Positions 40,402 to 48,818 of a stretch of 48,818 nucleotides of DNA are shown here, one piece after another. Position numbers and translations under genes: made by a program. The stretch's first letter is position 1, and the number at the start of each line of letters is the position of its first letter. Source of the stretch: Candidatus Bipolaricaulota bacterium (GTDB taxonomy: Bacteria; Bipolaricaulota; Bipolaricaulia; UBA7950; UBA9294); contig JBFMGK010000038.1 in assembly GCA_040752575.1 (NCBI GenBank), positions 1-48,818 of the forward strand, in the 5' to 3' direction. A model generated the notes under the pieces. The model was given only the letters and a program-made list of their open reading frames with translations, was not told the DNA's origin and did not search any database.

Positions 40402-43211
40402 GCGTCATCCACGTGAAGGGGGCGCGGGAGCACAATCTCAAGAACATCGACGTCGTCCTCCCCCGAGATCGACTCGTCGTGATCACGGGCATCTCCGGCT
40501 CCGGGAAGAGTTCGCTGGCGTTCGACACGATCTACGCCGAAGGGCAGAGGCGGTACGTCGAGTCGCTGTCGGCGTATGCGCGTCAGTTCCTTGGGCAGAT
40601 GGAGAAGCCGGACGTCGACTTCATCGAGGGGTTATCGCCAGCGATCTCGATCGACCAGAAGACACGGAGCCACAACCCGCGCTCCACGGTGGGCACGGTG
40701 ACGGAGATCTACGACTACCTTCGCCTGCTGTACGCTCGAATCGGTCATCCGCACTGCCCGCAGTGCGGCGACCCGATCTCGCAGCAATCGGCCGAGCAGA
40801 TCATCGACGCCGTGATGGCGTTCCCCCCGGGGACCAAGGTTCAGATCCTCGCCCCGGTCGTCCGCGGGCGGAAGGGCGAGTACAAGAAGACGTTCGACGA
40901 GATCCGCCACGAGGGCTTCACGCGCGTGCGCGTGGACGGCGTCACGCGCACGCTGTACGAGGAGATCGAACTGGCGAAGAACCAGAAGCACTCGATTGAC
41001 ATCGTCGTGGATCGAGTGGACTTGGACGAGCGCAAGCGCGGACGCGTCGCCGACTCCATCGAGACGGCGCTCAAGCATGGCGGCGGTTTGGTCAGCATCG
41101 TGCGCGAGGGGGAAGAGGAGCAGCTGTTCAGCGAGCACTACGCCTGTACGCGGTGCGGCGTCAGCTACGAAGAGCTGTCGCCGCGGATGTTCTCGTTCAA
41201 CAATCCCTACGGCGCGTGCCCAGAGTGCGGAGGTCTTGGGCAGAGGAAAGAAGTCGACGCCGAGTCCCTCGTCGACGGGCGCCGCGGGCTCCTCGACGGA
41301 GGCCTCCTGCCCTTCGCCGAGACGAAGAGCCGATGGTACGAAGGGCAGATGACGGGACTCGCTGCGTCCATCGGCATCGATCCGTACGAGCCGCTCGGGC
41401 GGCTGCCGAAGGCGAAACTCGACCTCATCCTCTACGGCACGCAGGGCAAACCGATTCGCTTTGACTACACGTCGAATGAGGGGACAACGCGAACGGTCGA
41501 ACGCCCGTTCCGCGGCATCGTTCCGACGCTCGAACGCTGGTATCGCGAGACGACATCAGAGCAGTGGCGCGGCGAGATGGAGCAGTACTTCGCGACGCTG
41601 CCATGTCCCGTGTGCGGTGGGGCGCGGCTGAAGCCCGAAGTGCTGGCGGTCACAGTCGGCGGGCTGAACATCCATCAGGTGACCACCCTGTCGGTGCGGG
41701 CTTCTCTGACGTTCTTCGAAGGCCTCGAGCTCACGAGTCGTGAAGAGAAGATCGCCGAGCAGATCTGCAAGGAGATCCGCGCACGCCTCGGGTTCATGAT
41801 GTCTGTCGGGCTGGACTATCTGACGCTCGACCGGCAAGCGGGCACCCTCGCCGGCGGCGAGGCGCAGCGGATCCGGTTGGCGACGCAGGTGGGTAGCCAG
41901 CTCACCGGGGTCCTGTACGTGCTCGACGAGCCTTCCATCGGCCTTCATCAGCGGGACAATCGGCGGCTGTTGCAGACCCTGAAGGGGCTTCGCGACCTCG
42001 GGAACACGGTGCTCGTCGTCGAACACGACGAGGAAACGATGCGCGAGAGCGACTTCATCCTCGATCTGGGGCCTGGGGCCGGGGCGCACGGTGGGCGTGT
42101 CGTGGTCGCGGGGACGCCCGCCGAGGTCGCGGCCTGCGCCGACTCGGTCACGGGGCAGTACCTCTCGGGGCGCAAACGGATCCCGGTTCCGGAAGAGCGT
42201 CGACGCGGGAATGGCAAGTCCCTGCGGGTCATCGGCGCGGCGGCGCACAACCTGCGCGGCGTCAGTGTGGAGTTTCCGCTCGGGCGGTTCGTCTGTGTGA
42301 CCGGCGTCTCGGGGTCCGGCAAGAGCACGCTGGTCGAGGACGTCCTGTACCGCGGGCTTCTCCACCGGTTGGGACAGGCGACACGGCGTCCGGGAGCCCA
42401 CGACGACATCGAGGGGCATGAGGCGGTCGATAAGGTGATCGAGATCGATCAGTCGCCGATCGGCCGCACGCCCCGGTCGAACCCGGCAACCTACACGAAG
42501 CTGTTCGACGACATCCGCGCCTTGTTCGCGAAGTCACCCGATGCGCGGCTGCGTGGATACACGGCGGGAAGGTTCAGCTTCAACACCAAGGGAGGGCGCT
42601 GCGAGGCCTGCCAAGGGCAGGGGCAAGAGAAGATCGAGATGCACTTCTTGCCCGACCTCTACGTGCCGTGCGAGGTGTGCCGCGGCAGCCGCTACAACCG
42701 GGAGACACTTCAGGTTCGCTACAAGGGGAAGTCGATCGCCGATGTCCTCGCGATGTCCGTTGAGGAGGCTCTCGGCTTCTTCGAGAACGTTCCCAGCATC
42801 GAGAGCCGCCTTCGGACGCTCCACGACGTGGGCCTCTCGTACATCACGCTCGGCCAGCCGGCGACCGAGCTGTCGGGCGGCGAAGCGCAGCGCATCAAGC
42901 TCGCGCGCGAGCTGTCCCGTCGCGCGACGGGGAAGACCCTCTACATTCTCGACGAGCCGACGACGGGCCTTCACGCGGCCGACGTGCACCGGCTGCTCGA
43001 TGTGCTGCATCGACTCGTCGAAGCCGGCAACTCGGTCGTGGTCATCGAGCACAACCTCGACGTGATCAAGACCGCGGACTGGATCATCGACCTGGGCCCC
43101 GAGGGAGGCGACGGCGGTGGTGCCGTGGTCGCCGTGGGGACGCCGGAGGCCGTCGCGGCCGTCCCCTCTTCGTACACGGGCCAGTACCTCGCCGTCGTCC
43201 TCGCGCAGTAG
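40398..43211 (+). CDS. uvrA: Excinuclease ABC subunit A
   Basis: [10 protein letters not shown], two ABC ATPase domains ([17 protein letters not shown]), zinc fingers; ATGA overlap with uvrB. Confidence 0.98.
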
Positions 43212-43365
43212 CCGCTTGTCGAGTCGCCCACGGCGATAGGCTTTCGATAAAGCCACGGCTTGTTTCCCACGCAGCGCTTCCCAGGAGTCGCCCCATGGGC
43301 CTAGCGACGTGGGGTAGACGTTCAGGCGGGTAAAGATTACAATACAAAAGGAGGTGATGGGCGAT

Positions 43366-44010
43366 ATGAGAAGCACGATCTGTGTCATCGTGTGTCTGCT
43401 CCTCGCTTACGCTGCGTGCCCCGCGTGGGCTGTCTCTTCGGAGAGCAGGGGTATCAACACGGTCCTTCTCTTTGGCGGCCCGAAGGACCTGGGCCTCGTG
43501 GAGATGGATGCCGGCGCTCGAGTTGCGTCAGCGCGCCCAACGAGTCGCGTGGCCCTGCCGATCAAGATGAAGACGCTCACGGCAACGAAGAGCACCCCGT
43601 ACGGGAATTCGTACGTTAGGACGTACTTCTCCAGCGACGTGGAGATCGGACTCACGTGCGCGTGGGCCGAGATCACCTACGGGACGACGACGACGACCTG
43701 GGACGGGACTGCACCGCAGTGCAAGTCCTCGCGAATCCGGCTGGATGAGCTATGGGCCTTCAACGGCTGGTGCGTCACCGTGTCGATTCCCAGCGGAGGC
43801 GGTTTCTCGTCGTCGGCCAAGACGGTCTCGTGGACGGGCGAGGACGTCTCCGGCGACCACTGGGCTATGCGCCACATCTACTCGGGGATTCGTGCGAGCG
43901 CTTGCCTCTGGCTCACCAGCATTCGCCAGTCCTCCAACGGAAGCCACTACTTCGAGACCGAGAACGACTGGGTGAGCGCCAATGCCAGTCGAGGCATCTC
44001 GACGTTCTAG
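43366..44010 (+). CDS. Secreted Ser/Thr-rich hypothetical protein
   Basis: Strong RBS AAGGAGGTG after an AT-rich tract; signal peptide ending AWA; beta-rich mature region with 4 Cys. Confidence 0.75.
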   Translation: MRSTICVIVCLLLAYAACPAWAVSSESRGINTVLLFGGPKDLGLVEMDAGARVASARPTSRVALPIKMKTLTATKSTPYGNSYVRTYFSSDVEIGLTCAWAEITYGTTTTTWDGTAPQCKSSRIRLDELWAFNGWCVTVSIPSGGGFSSSAKTVSWTGEDVSGDHWAMRHIYSGIRASACLWLTSIRQSSNGSHYFETENDWVSANASRGISTF

Positions 44011-44049
44011 TTTCAGGGTGACGTCGGGACGTTTCACAGGGGGGCTCCC

Positions 44050-45891
44050 ATGACGCGCGACCCTGGTGGCTCATGGCTTCGTGTCGCAGGAGCTCTTGGT
44101 GTGCCAGCGCTCCTCGTGTTGACAGCGTTGGCTGCGGCGGGCGGTGGAGGGCGACGGGGCATTCTGGAAGGCTTCCCTGGGCTTGAGGAGCTTCGCCGTT
44201 GGCTCTCGCGTGCCTACGTCGAGTCGCAGACGTCCGGGGGCTTCGGCGACTACCCGTTGGAGAACCTTGACGTTGCGACGCTCCACCAGACCCACGCGGC
44301 GCTGGAGATCATAGGCCAGGTCGGACCAGGTGCGGTGCAGAGCCCCGCGGCGACGCTGAGTTGGGTGGCGTCGCTGCGCAAGAGCGGCGGCATGTACGAC
44401 GATCCGGGAACGAACGCGCCCATCCTCCTGGAGACGCTTTGGGCCGTTTCGGTCGTGAGGGTACTCGCGGGACCGGCATTGGAGGTCGACCAGACGGCAG
44501 GGGCACTGATGGCAGCTCTCGAGGCGGCGCTCATCCTCGAGTCGAGGTCGGACGGATGCGCGACGGCGCATCTGAGCGACGCGGCGCTTGCGGCAGCGGC
44601 TCTCGAGAGGCTGCTAGGGTCGGTCTTCCTCCAAACCGCCCCTCAACTGGCCACAAGCCGCGAGATCGCGGCGAGCTTGGTGGGGAGACTGCGCAGCGGA
44701 CCCGATGGCGGAACGTGGAGATCGCTTGAAGGCGAGCGAGATGCGCTTCTCGCGCGTGTCCTCGCTTGCCTCCTCGGGAGCGGGACCCCTCGGGTGGCGA
44801 GCGACATCCTCTCTCAGGATCTCGCCGCACTCGAGGGGACACAGAGTGATCTGCCGCCGGAGTCGGTCGTGCGCGCCCTTCTCGACACGTGCTGTCTTGT
44901 CTGGGGTTGGCGAGATCTTCCCCAAAGGATTCAATCGAGCCTTCAGTCCTACCTCGCGGCGACGCTCCATCGATGTGGCGCGGATGGAGCCTACGCGTGG
45001 TCGAATCCCTGGGGAGTCTGGGTCGATCCTGCGCTCAATGCGGATCGTGCCGCGTTGTACGCCATGGCGGGAGACGAAAACCCGGGCACGCCCGCGCTAT
45101 CGCGTGCACTCGATCGGCTCGCATGCCATCTCGGATGGTCAAGTCTCATTCAGGCGATTCCAGGTCCAGACTATACGTACTTCGGGGTGCGTCTATGCTC
45201 TGCCCTCGGTGGTTGCGGAGGTGACGAAACGAAGCTCGCGGCCGGGGCGCGCGCGACGCTTGGCGACCCAGCCTCTTCTGCTCAAGACCTCTTGTACGGG
45301 TTCCGAACGCTTGTCGCCTTGGGCCTATGGGAAGGGGCCGATCGTGCAGCGCTGGTCGGCCGCCTTGAGGAGTGGCCCCCCGATGACGTTCATCGTGACA
45401 TCTATTGGTTGGCTCCCCTGCACGCGGAGGCTGCCATCGCTCCTGCGCGCGATGCGAGGCAGGCTCTCATCGCGACGGCCTTCGAGCTGACCTCGGGCGA
45501 GGGTTTCCCCCAGATGGCCCAGTTGAGGCTTCTCGCGTACATCGTCACCTTGGTTGGGGAGGACGCCGGTGCCTCCGAGCGGGAGATCGTCCGTTGGGTC
45601 CTAGCCCTCAGCACGGAAGACGGCGGGTTTCGCTGGTCCCTGGGAAGTTCCTCTCCGGACTTGCCCTCGACCTACTGCGCCGCGGAGCTTCTCGCCTTGC
45701 TGGGAGCGCTGGGCGAGGCGCGCTGCGACGCGATGGCCGCCTTCGTGGCCACCTGCTGGCGTGAGCCGGGGTTCCTCCCCCTGCGGCCTGCCGACATCCC
45801 GCGAGGTGAGGAGTTCGCGATTGACCTGTTCACGACCTACATGGGCCTGCAGGTTCTCGAGCTTCTTGCGGCCGAGAGGCCGTCTGCGTAG
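44050..45891 (+). CDS. Membrane-anchored/secreted prenyltransferase/squalene-oxidase-repeat (alpha-alpha toroid) protein
   Basis: N-terminal hydrophobic helix; repeats SQTSGGF, LRKSGGMY, LSTEDGGF...PDLPSTYCA, PDYTYFG and DLFTTYMGL, resembling prenyltransferase beta-subunit repeats. Confidence 0.6.
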   Translation: MTRDPGGSWLRVAGALGVPALLVLTALAAAGGGGRRGILEGFPGLEELRRWLSRAYVESQTSGGFGDYPLENLDVATLHQTHAALEIIGQVGPGAVQSPAATLSWVASLRKSGGMYDDPGTNAPILLETLWAVSVVRVLAGPALEVDQTAGALMAALEAALILESRSDGCATAHLSDAALAAAALERLLGSVFLQTAPQLATSREIAASLVGRLRSGPDGGTWRSLEGERDALLARVLACLLGSGTPRVASDILSQDLAALEGTQSDLPPESVVRALLDTCCLVWGWRDLPQRIQSSLQSYLAATLHRCGADGAYAWSNPWGVWVDPALNADRAALYAMAGDENPGTPALSRALDRLACHLGWSSLIQAIPGPDYTYFGVRLCSALGGCGGDETKLAAGARATLGDPASSAQDLLYGFRTLVALGLWEGADRAALVGRLEEWPPDDVHRDIYWLAPLHAEAAIAPARDARQALIATAFELTSGEGFPQMAQLRLLAYIVTLVGEDAGASEREIVRWVLALSTEDGGFRWSLGSSSPDLPSTYCAAELLALLGALGEARCDAMAAFVATCWREPGFLPLRPADIPRGEEFAIDLFTTYMGLQVLELLAAERPSA

Positions 45892-45901
45892 GAGAGAGAC
45901 G

Positions 45902-45938
45902 CAGCGGCGCTGCCGTGGGGCTGACGGTAGCGCCGCTG
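45902..45938. terminator. Hairpin between convergent genes
   Basis: CAGCGGCGCTGCCGT-N7-ACGGTAGCGCCGCTG, a 15-bp stem with one G-U pair. Confidence 0.7.
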
Positions 45939-45959
45939 GCCGGGATATCGCCCTCCGTG

Positions 45960-46901
45960 CTAGAGGGACGTGCAGGTCGAGCCGCCGATCGAGCAGTTCC
46001 CGCGGGCAATGCCGGTGTTGCCCGCGCTGTCGGTCACGGTGAGCACGACGGTGTAGCTCCAGGCTCGAGTGTAGGTGTGCTCGACGATCGGCCCGCTCGC
46101 CGTCGTCTCGTCCCCAAAGTCCCAGTGGTAGTGCACGATCTCGCCGGTGCCGGCGCGCGACGCCGTGCCGTCCAGTCGGACGGGCACGCCGACCTTGCCG
46201 CCGGAGCAGTTGGGAAGCCCGGTGATCACGGCGAGCGGCTGCGGCGCTCCGCCGCTACACGTGTTGCCGGAGCAGTTCGTCTCGCCCGGCATCACGTTGA
46301 GGCCGATCTGCGCGGACGCCGTGGCTCCCTCGTCATCGGTGACCGTCAGCGTGGCGAGATAGGGTCCGCCTTTGGAATACGTGTGCGTCACGGTCCGGCC
46401 GACTCCCGTCGTTCCGTCGGCGAAATCCCACGCATAGCTCTGGATCGCGCCGTAGGGATCGTAGGAGCCGGATGCGTCGAACGTCACCTCGTCGCCGGGG
46501 AACGGCTCGCGGTCGTTGACCGAGGCCACGGCGACGGGCGGGGCATTCGTGACCACGACCGCGACCTGCTGGGAGCTCAGCGCCCCTTCATTGTCGATGA
46601 CGGTGAGCTTCACGAGATACGTGCCGGGATGCCCGAACTGGTGCGTCAGCGCCGACTCGGGACGGCTGCCCGTCTTCGTAGGATCGCCGAGATCCCAACG
46701 GTACTCCACGATGTTCCCATCGTCATCGTGCGAGTAGTGGGCGTCGAGCTGCACCTCGAGGGGAGCCGGACCGCTGGTCGGCCGCGCGTCGATCACCGCG
46801 CGGGGCTCGCGGTTGACCATGTCGTCAAGAATCGTGTCCAGGACGCAGCCTGAGAGGGCGAGAGGCAGAAGCAGGACCAACAGGGCGAGGATGCGCTTCA
46901 T
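45960..46901 (-). CDS. Triple-PKD-domain lipoprotein
   Basis: MKRIL...LSGC lipobox; three WD(L/F)(G/A)D..H.(F/Y)..Y.V.LTV.D PKD units; Cys-Gly linkers. Confidence 0.88.
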   Translation of the reverse strand: MKRILALLVLLLPLALSGCVLDTILDDMVNREPRAVIDARPTSGPAPLEVQLDAHYSHDDDGNIVEYRWDLGDPTKTGSRPESALTHQFGHPGTYLVKLTVIDNEGALSSQQVAVVVTNAPPVAVASVNDREPFPGDEVTFDASGSYDPYGAIQSYAWDFADGTTGVGRTVTHTYSKGGPYLATLTVTDDEGATASAQIGLNVMPGETNCSGNTCSGGAPQPLAVITGLPNCSGGKVGVPVRLDGTASRAGTGEIVHYHWDFGDETTASGPIVEHTYTRAWSYTVVLTVTDSAGNTGIARGNCSIGGSTCTSL

Positions 46902-47563
46902 GGGCAGGTCCCTCCGTTCGGGACGTCGGCATTGCACGGCGGTCCGCCGAGGACTTGAATCCGCTCGACGAACGACGACTGGCCGCCATCGTTGTCGGTG
47001 ACGGTGAGAACGACGTTGTAGGTTCCTGGGTAAAGGTAGCGGTGCTCTGCCTGCGGGCCGGTCGCGTACTCGCCGTCGCCGAAGTTCCAGTCGTACGCAA
47101 CGACGTTGCCGTCGTCGCACGACTCGGATCCGTCGAAGTAGAGCCACTCGTTCGCGCCGACGATGTACTCGCCCTCCATGTTGCTCTTCGGGGAGTAGCT
47201 GAAGCTTGCCGTCGGCAGCGGGTTGAGAGCGCGCACGTCCAGGCGTGTCGAACTTGTGCTGCCGTCGCTTCCGATGACGGTCAAGGTCACCGTATAGACG
47301 CCGTCCTCATCGTACGTGTGGTCGGTCAGCACGCCGGTCGCTGCGCCGCCGTCCCCGAAGTTCCACATGTAGGACACGATCTCTCCGGCGGTGTACTCGG
47401 AGAGCGAGCCGTCGAAACTCGCGGTGAAGGGGATCAGGTGTTCGACCGGCGTTGCCGTGAACAACGCCTGCGGACTGGATGGCGTGAACTTCATGCACCC
47501 TCCGACGGCCGCGACGACCAGGATCGCCGTGCCTGCTAGAGACCACAGTCGTGCTTTGCTCAT
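46898..47563 (-). CDS. Double-PKD-domain lipoprotein
   Basis: Lipobox VGGC; two WNFGDG PKD units; ATGA overlaps at both ends. Confidence 0.88.
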   Translation of the reverse strand: MSKARLWSLAGTAILVVAAVGGCMKFTPSSPQALFTATPVEHLIPFTASFDGSLSEYTAGEIVSYMWNFGDGGAATGVLTDHTYDEDGVYTVTLTVIGSDGSTSSTRLDVRALNPLPTASFSYSPKSNMEGEYIVGANEWLYFDGSESCDDGNVVAYDWNFGDGEYATGPQAEHRYLYPGTYNVVLTVTDNDGGQSSFVERIQVLGGPPCNADVPNGGTCP

Positions 47564-48360
47564 GGGGTTTCTCCGTTTTCCCCGTCGAGGGAGAGGTTCA
47601 TCGCAAGAGAGAAGCGAAGTTGAACGGCGAGTCCGGCGAGGTTGGCCGACTCGGGCGTGCCGTTCCCGTCAAAGTCGAGGGACTCCCCGGCGGCGTTGCG
47701 GAAACCGGGAACCTTCGCCGTCCGGTAGGCGACGACGACCTCGGTCGACAGCCCGGACACGATCGGAACGGCGATCGAAAACCCGACGTGGATGCCGATC
47801 GTGCCGCCGGTGTGCCGCCCCTCACTGCTGGGGGGAACGCCGGAGATCGCACTCGGGTACTCACTGGGGATTTCGAACACGACCTCGTGGGCAAACGTCG
47901 CGTGCGTGTAGCCCAGCGAGGCGTCGAGCGACAGGCGCAGGCCGACGTCGAGAAAGGTGATGCGCGCCGCGACCGCTGCTTCCACCGTCTGCAGAGCCGC
48001 GTCGACGGAAATCGTCGAGGTCTCGGCTCCGTGATACTGCCCGCGCGTCGCGGTCGTGCAACGAGCGAACGAGAGCGTTGCGCCGAAGGCGAAGACCTCG
48101 CCCAGCCAATACCGTTCCGCAGCGCAGAGCGTCCAGCCGCTCGTCAGCGGAGCGAGCGTCGGCACGGTCCCGGCAACATCGGGGTGCACGTCGAACGTCT
48201 CGTTGAGGTGCTCGATGAGCGCGTTGAACACGAGGATCGACGAGTTGAAGTCGTCGAGCGACGTCGCGGCCGGGCCGCCCCCGAGGGACAGCTCGAGCGT
48301 TCCGGCGAGCGCCGGCACGGCGAGAAGGATGGCACAGACGACAGACGCTAGCCCCTTCAT
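47560..48360 (-). CDS. Secreted protein, probable outer-membrane beta-barrel
   Basis: RBS GGGAGG; signal peptide ending ALA; amphipathic strands; DFDGNG loop. Confidence 0.6.
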   Translation of the reverse strand: MKGLASVVCAILLAVPALAGTLELSLGGGPAATSLDDFNSSILVFNALIEHLNETFDVHPDVAGTVPTLAPLTSGWTLCAAERYWLGEVFAFGATLSFARCTTATRGQYHGAETSTISVDAALQTVEAAVAARITFLDVGLRLSLDASLGYTHATFAHEVVFEIPSEYPSAISGVPPSSEGRHTGGTIGIHVGFSIAVPIVSGLSTEVVVAYRTAKVPGFRNAAGESLDFDGNGTPESANLAGLAVQLRFSLAMNLSLDGENGETP

Positions 48361-48509
48361 CGTTTTCCCTCCCGTACAAGGGCGGGCTGTGGCGCCTCGA
48401 CGATGAGGCTGCCTCGACCACCCGGTAGACACAGCGTAGGAGGGGCGCGGGACGCGCCGAGGGGCAGAGGCCAGGGAAGACTGCGACGTCGTTCCTGGTC
48501 GCGGGGGAC

Positions 48510-48818
48510 CTACGTCCCGTCCACCGCGGACCGAAGGGCGTCGAGCGCGCGGTCGACGTCTGAGGTTGTCACGTCCAGGTGCGTGACAAGCCGCATGTCG
48601 AAGGGACTGCGGCCGAGCGGCGATGCGAGGACACCTCGCGCTCGGAGGCGCTCGGCGAGTGTTGCGGCGTCGACCCGCCGGTCGGCGGCGGCCTCCGGAT
48701 CCAGCCGCAGATAGACGAGATTCGTCCACGCCGTCGCAGCGGGGCTGGCCTGAGACGAGGAGAGGCCGGCGATCTCGCAGATTCCCACGGCAAGGCGTCG
48801 AGCGTTGGCGTGGTCTTC
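48510..48818 (-). CDS. ltaE: Low-specificity L-threonine aldolase, C-terminal part (5' end outside window)
   Basis: Frame extends to the window edge: EDHANARRLA..TNLVY...GVL...RLVTHLDV...DVDRAL. Confidence 0.8.
   Translation of the reverse strand, partial: EDHANARRLAVGICEIAGLSSSQASPAATAWTNLVYLRLDPEAAADRRVDAATLAERLRARGVLASPLGRSPFDMRLVTHLDVTTSDVDRALDALRSAVDGT

Noticed and set aside
43212..45900. Mobile element or integrated island boundaries around the two-gene unit
   Set aside because: No integrase, transposase, tRNA target or flanking direct repeats detected by eye.

Overview
High-GC bacterial chromosomal segment with about 43 densely packed genes. I found no rRNA, tRNA, CRISPR array or transposase. 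The many PKD, DOMON and TolB-repeat lipoproteins suggest an uncultured diderm lineage such as Ca. Bipolaricaulota (inference only). Housekeeping and transport genes are uvrB-uvrA, acylphosphatase, a GAF/fRMsr-like protein, a membrane pyrophosphatase (hppA) with a P-type IIA ATPase, ABC exporters, two MFS transporters, OsmC, FmdE, and partial GATase and threonine aldolase genes at the window edges. Most notable observations: (1) a c-di-GMP-I-like (GEMM) riboswitch whose aptamer contains the Shine-Dalgarno and start codon of an unknown secreted protein; (2) a lipoprotein PKD-metacaspase flanked by two Met/His-conserving DOMON paralogues, next to a papain-like protease; (3) a two-gene unit after uvrA encoding a secreted Ser/Thr-rich beta protein and a prenyltransferase-repeat protein, convergent with a barrel + PKD + PKD lipoprotein operon with Cys-rich tails; (4) an HppA with an atypical ion gate; (5) an Lpp-like coiled coil fused to an Ig-like domain. 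All family assignments are from motif recognition, not database searches.
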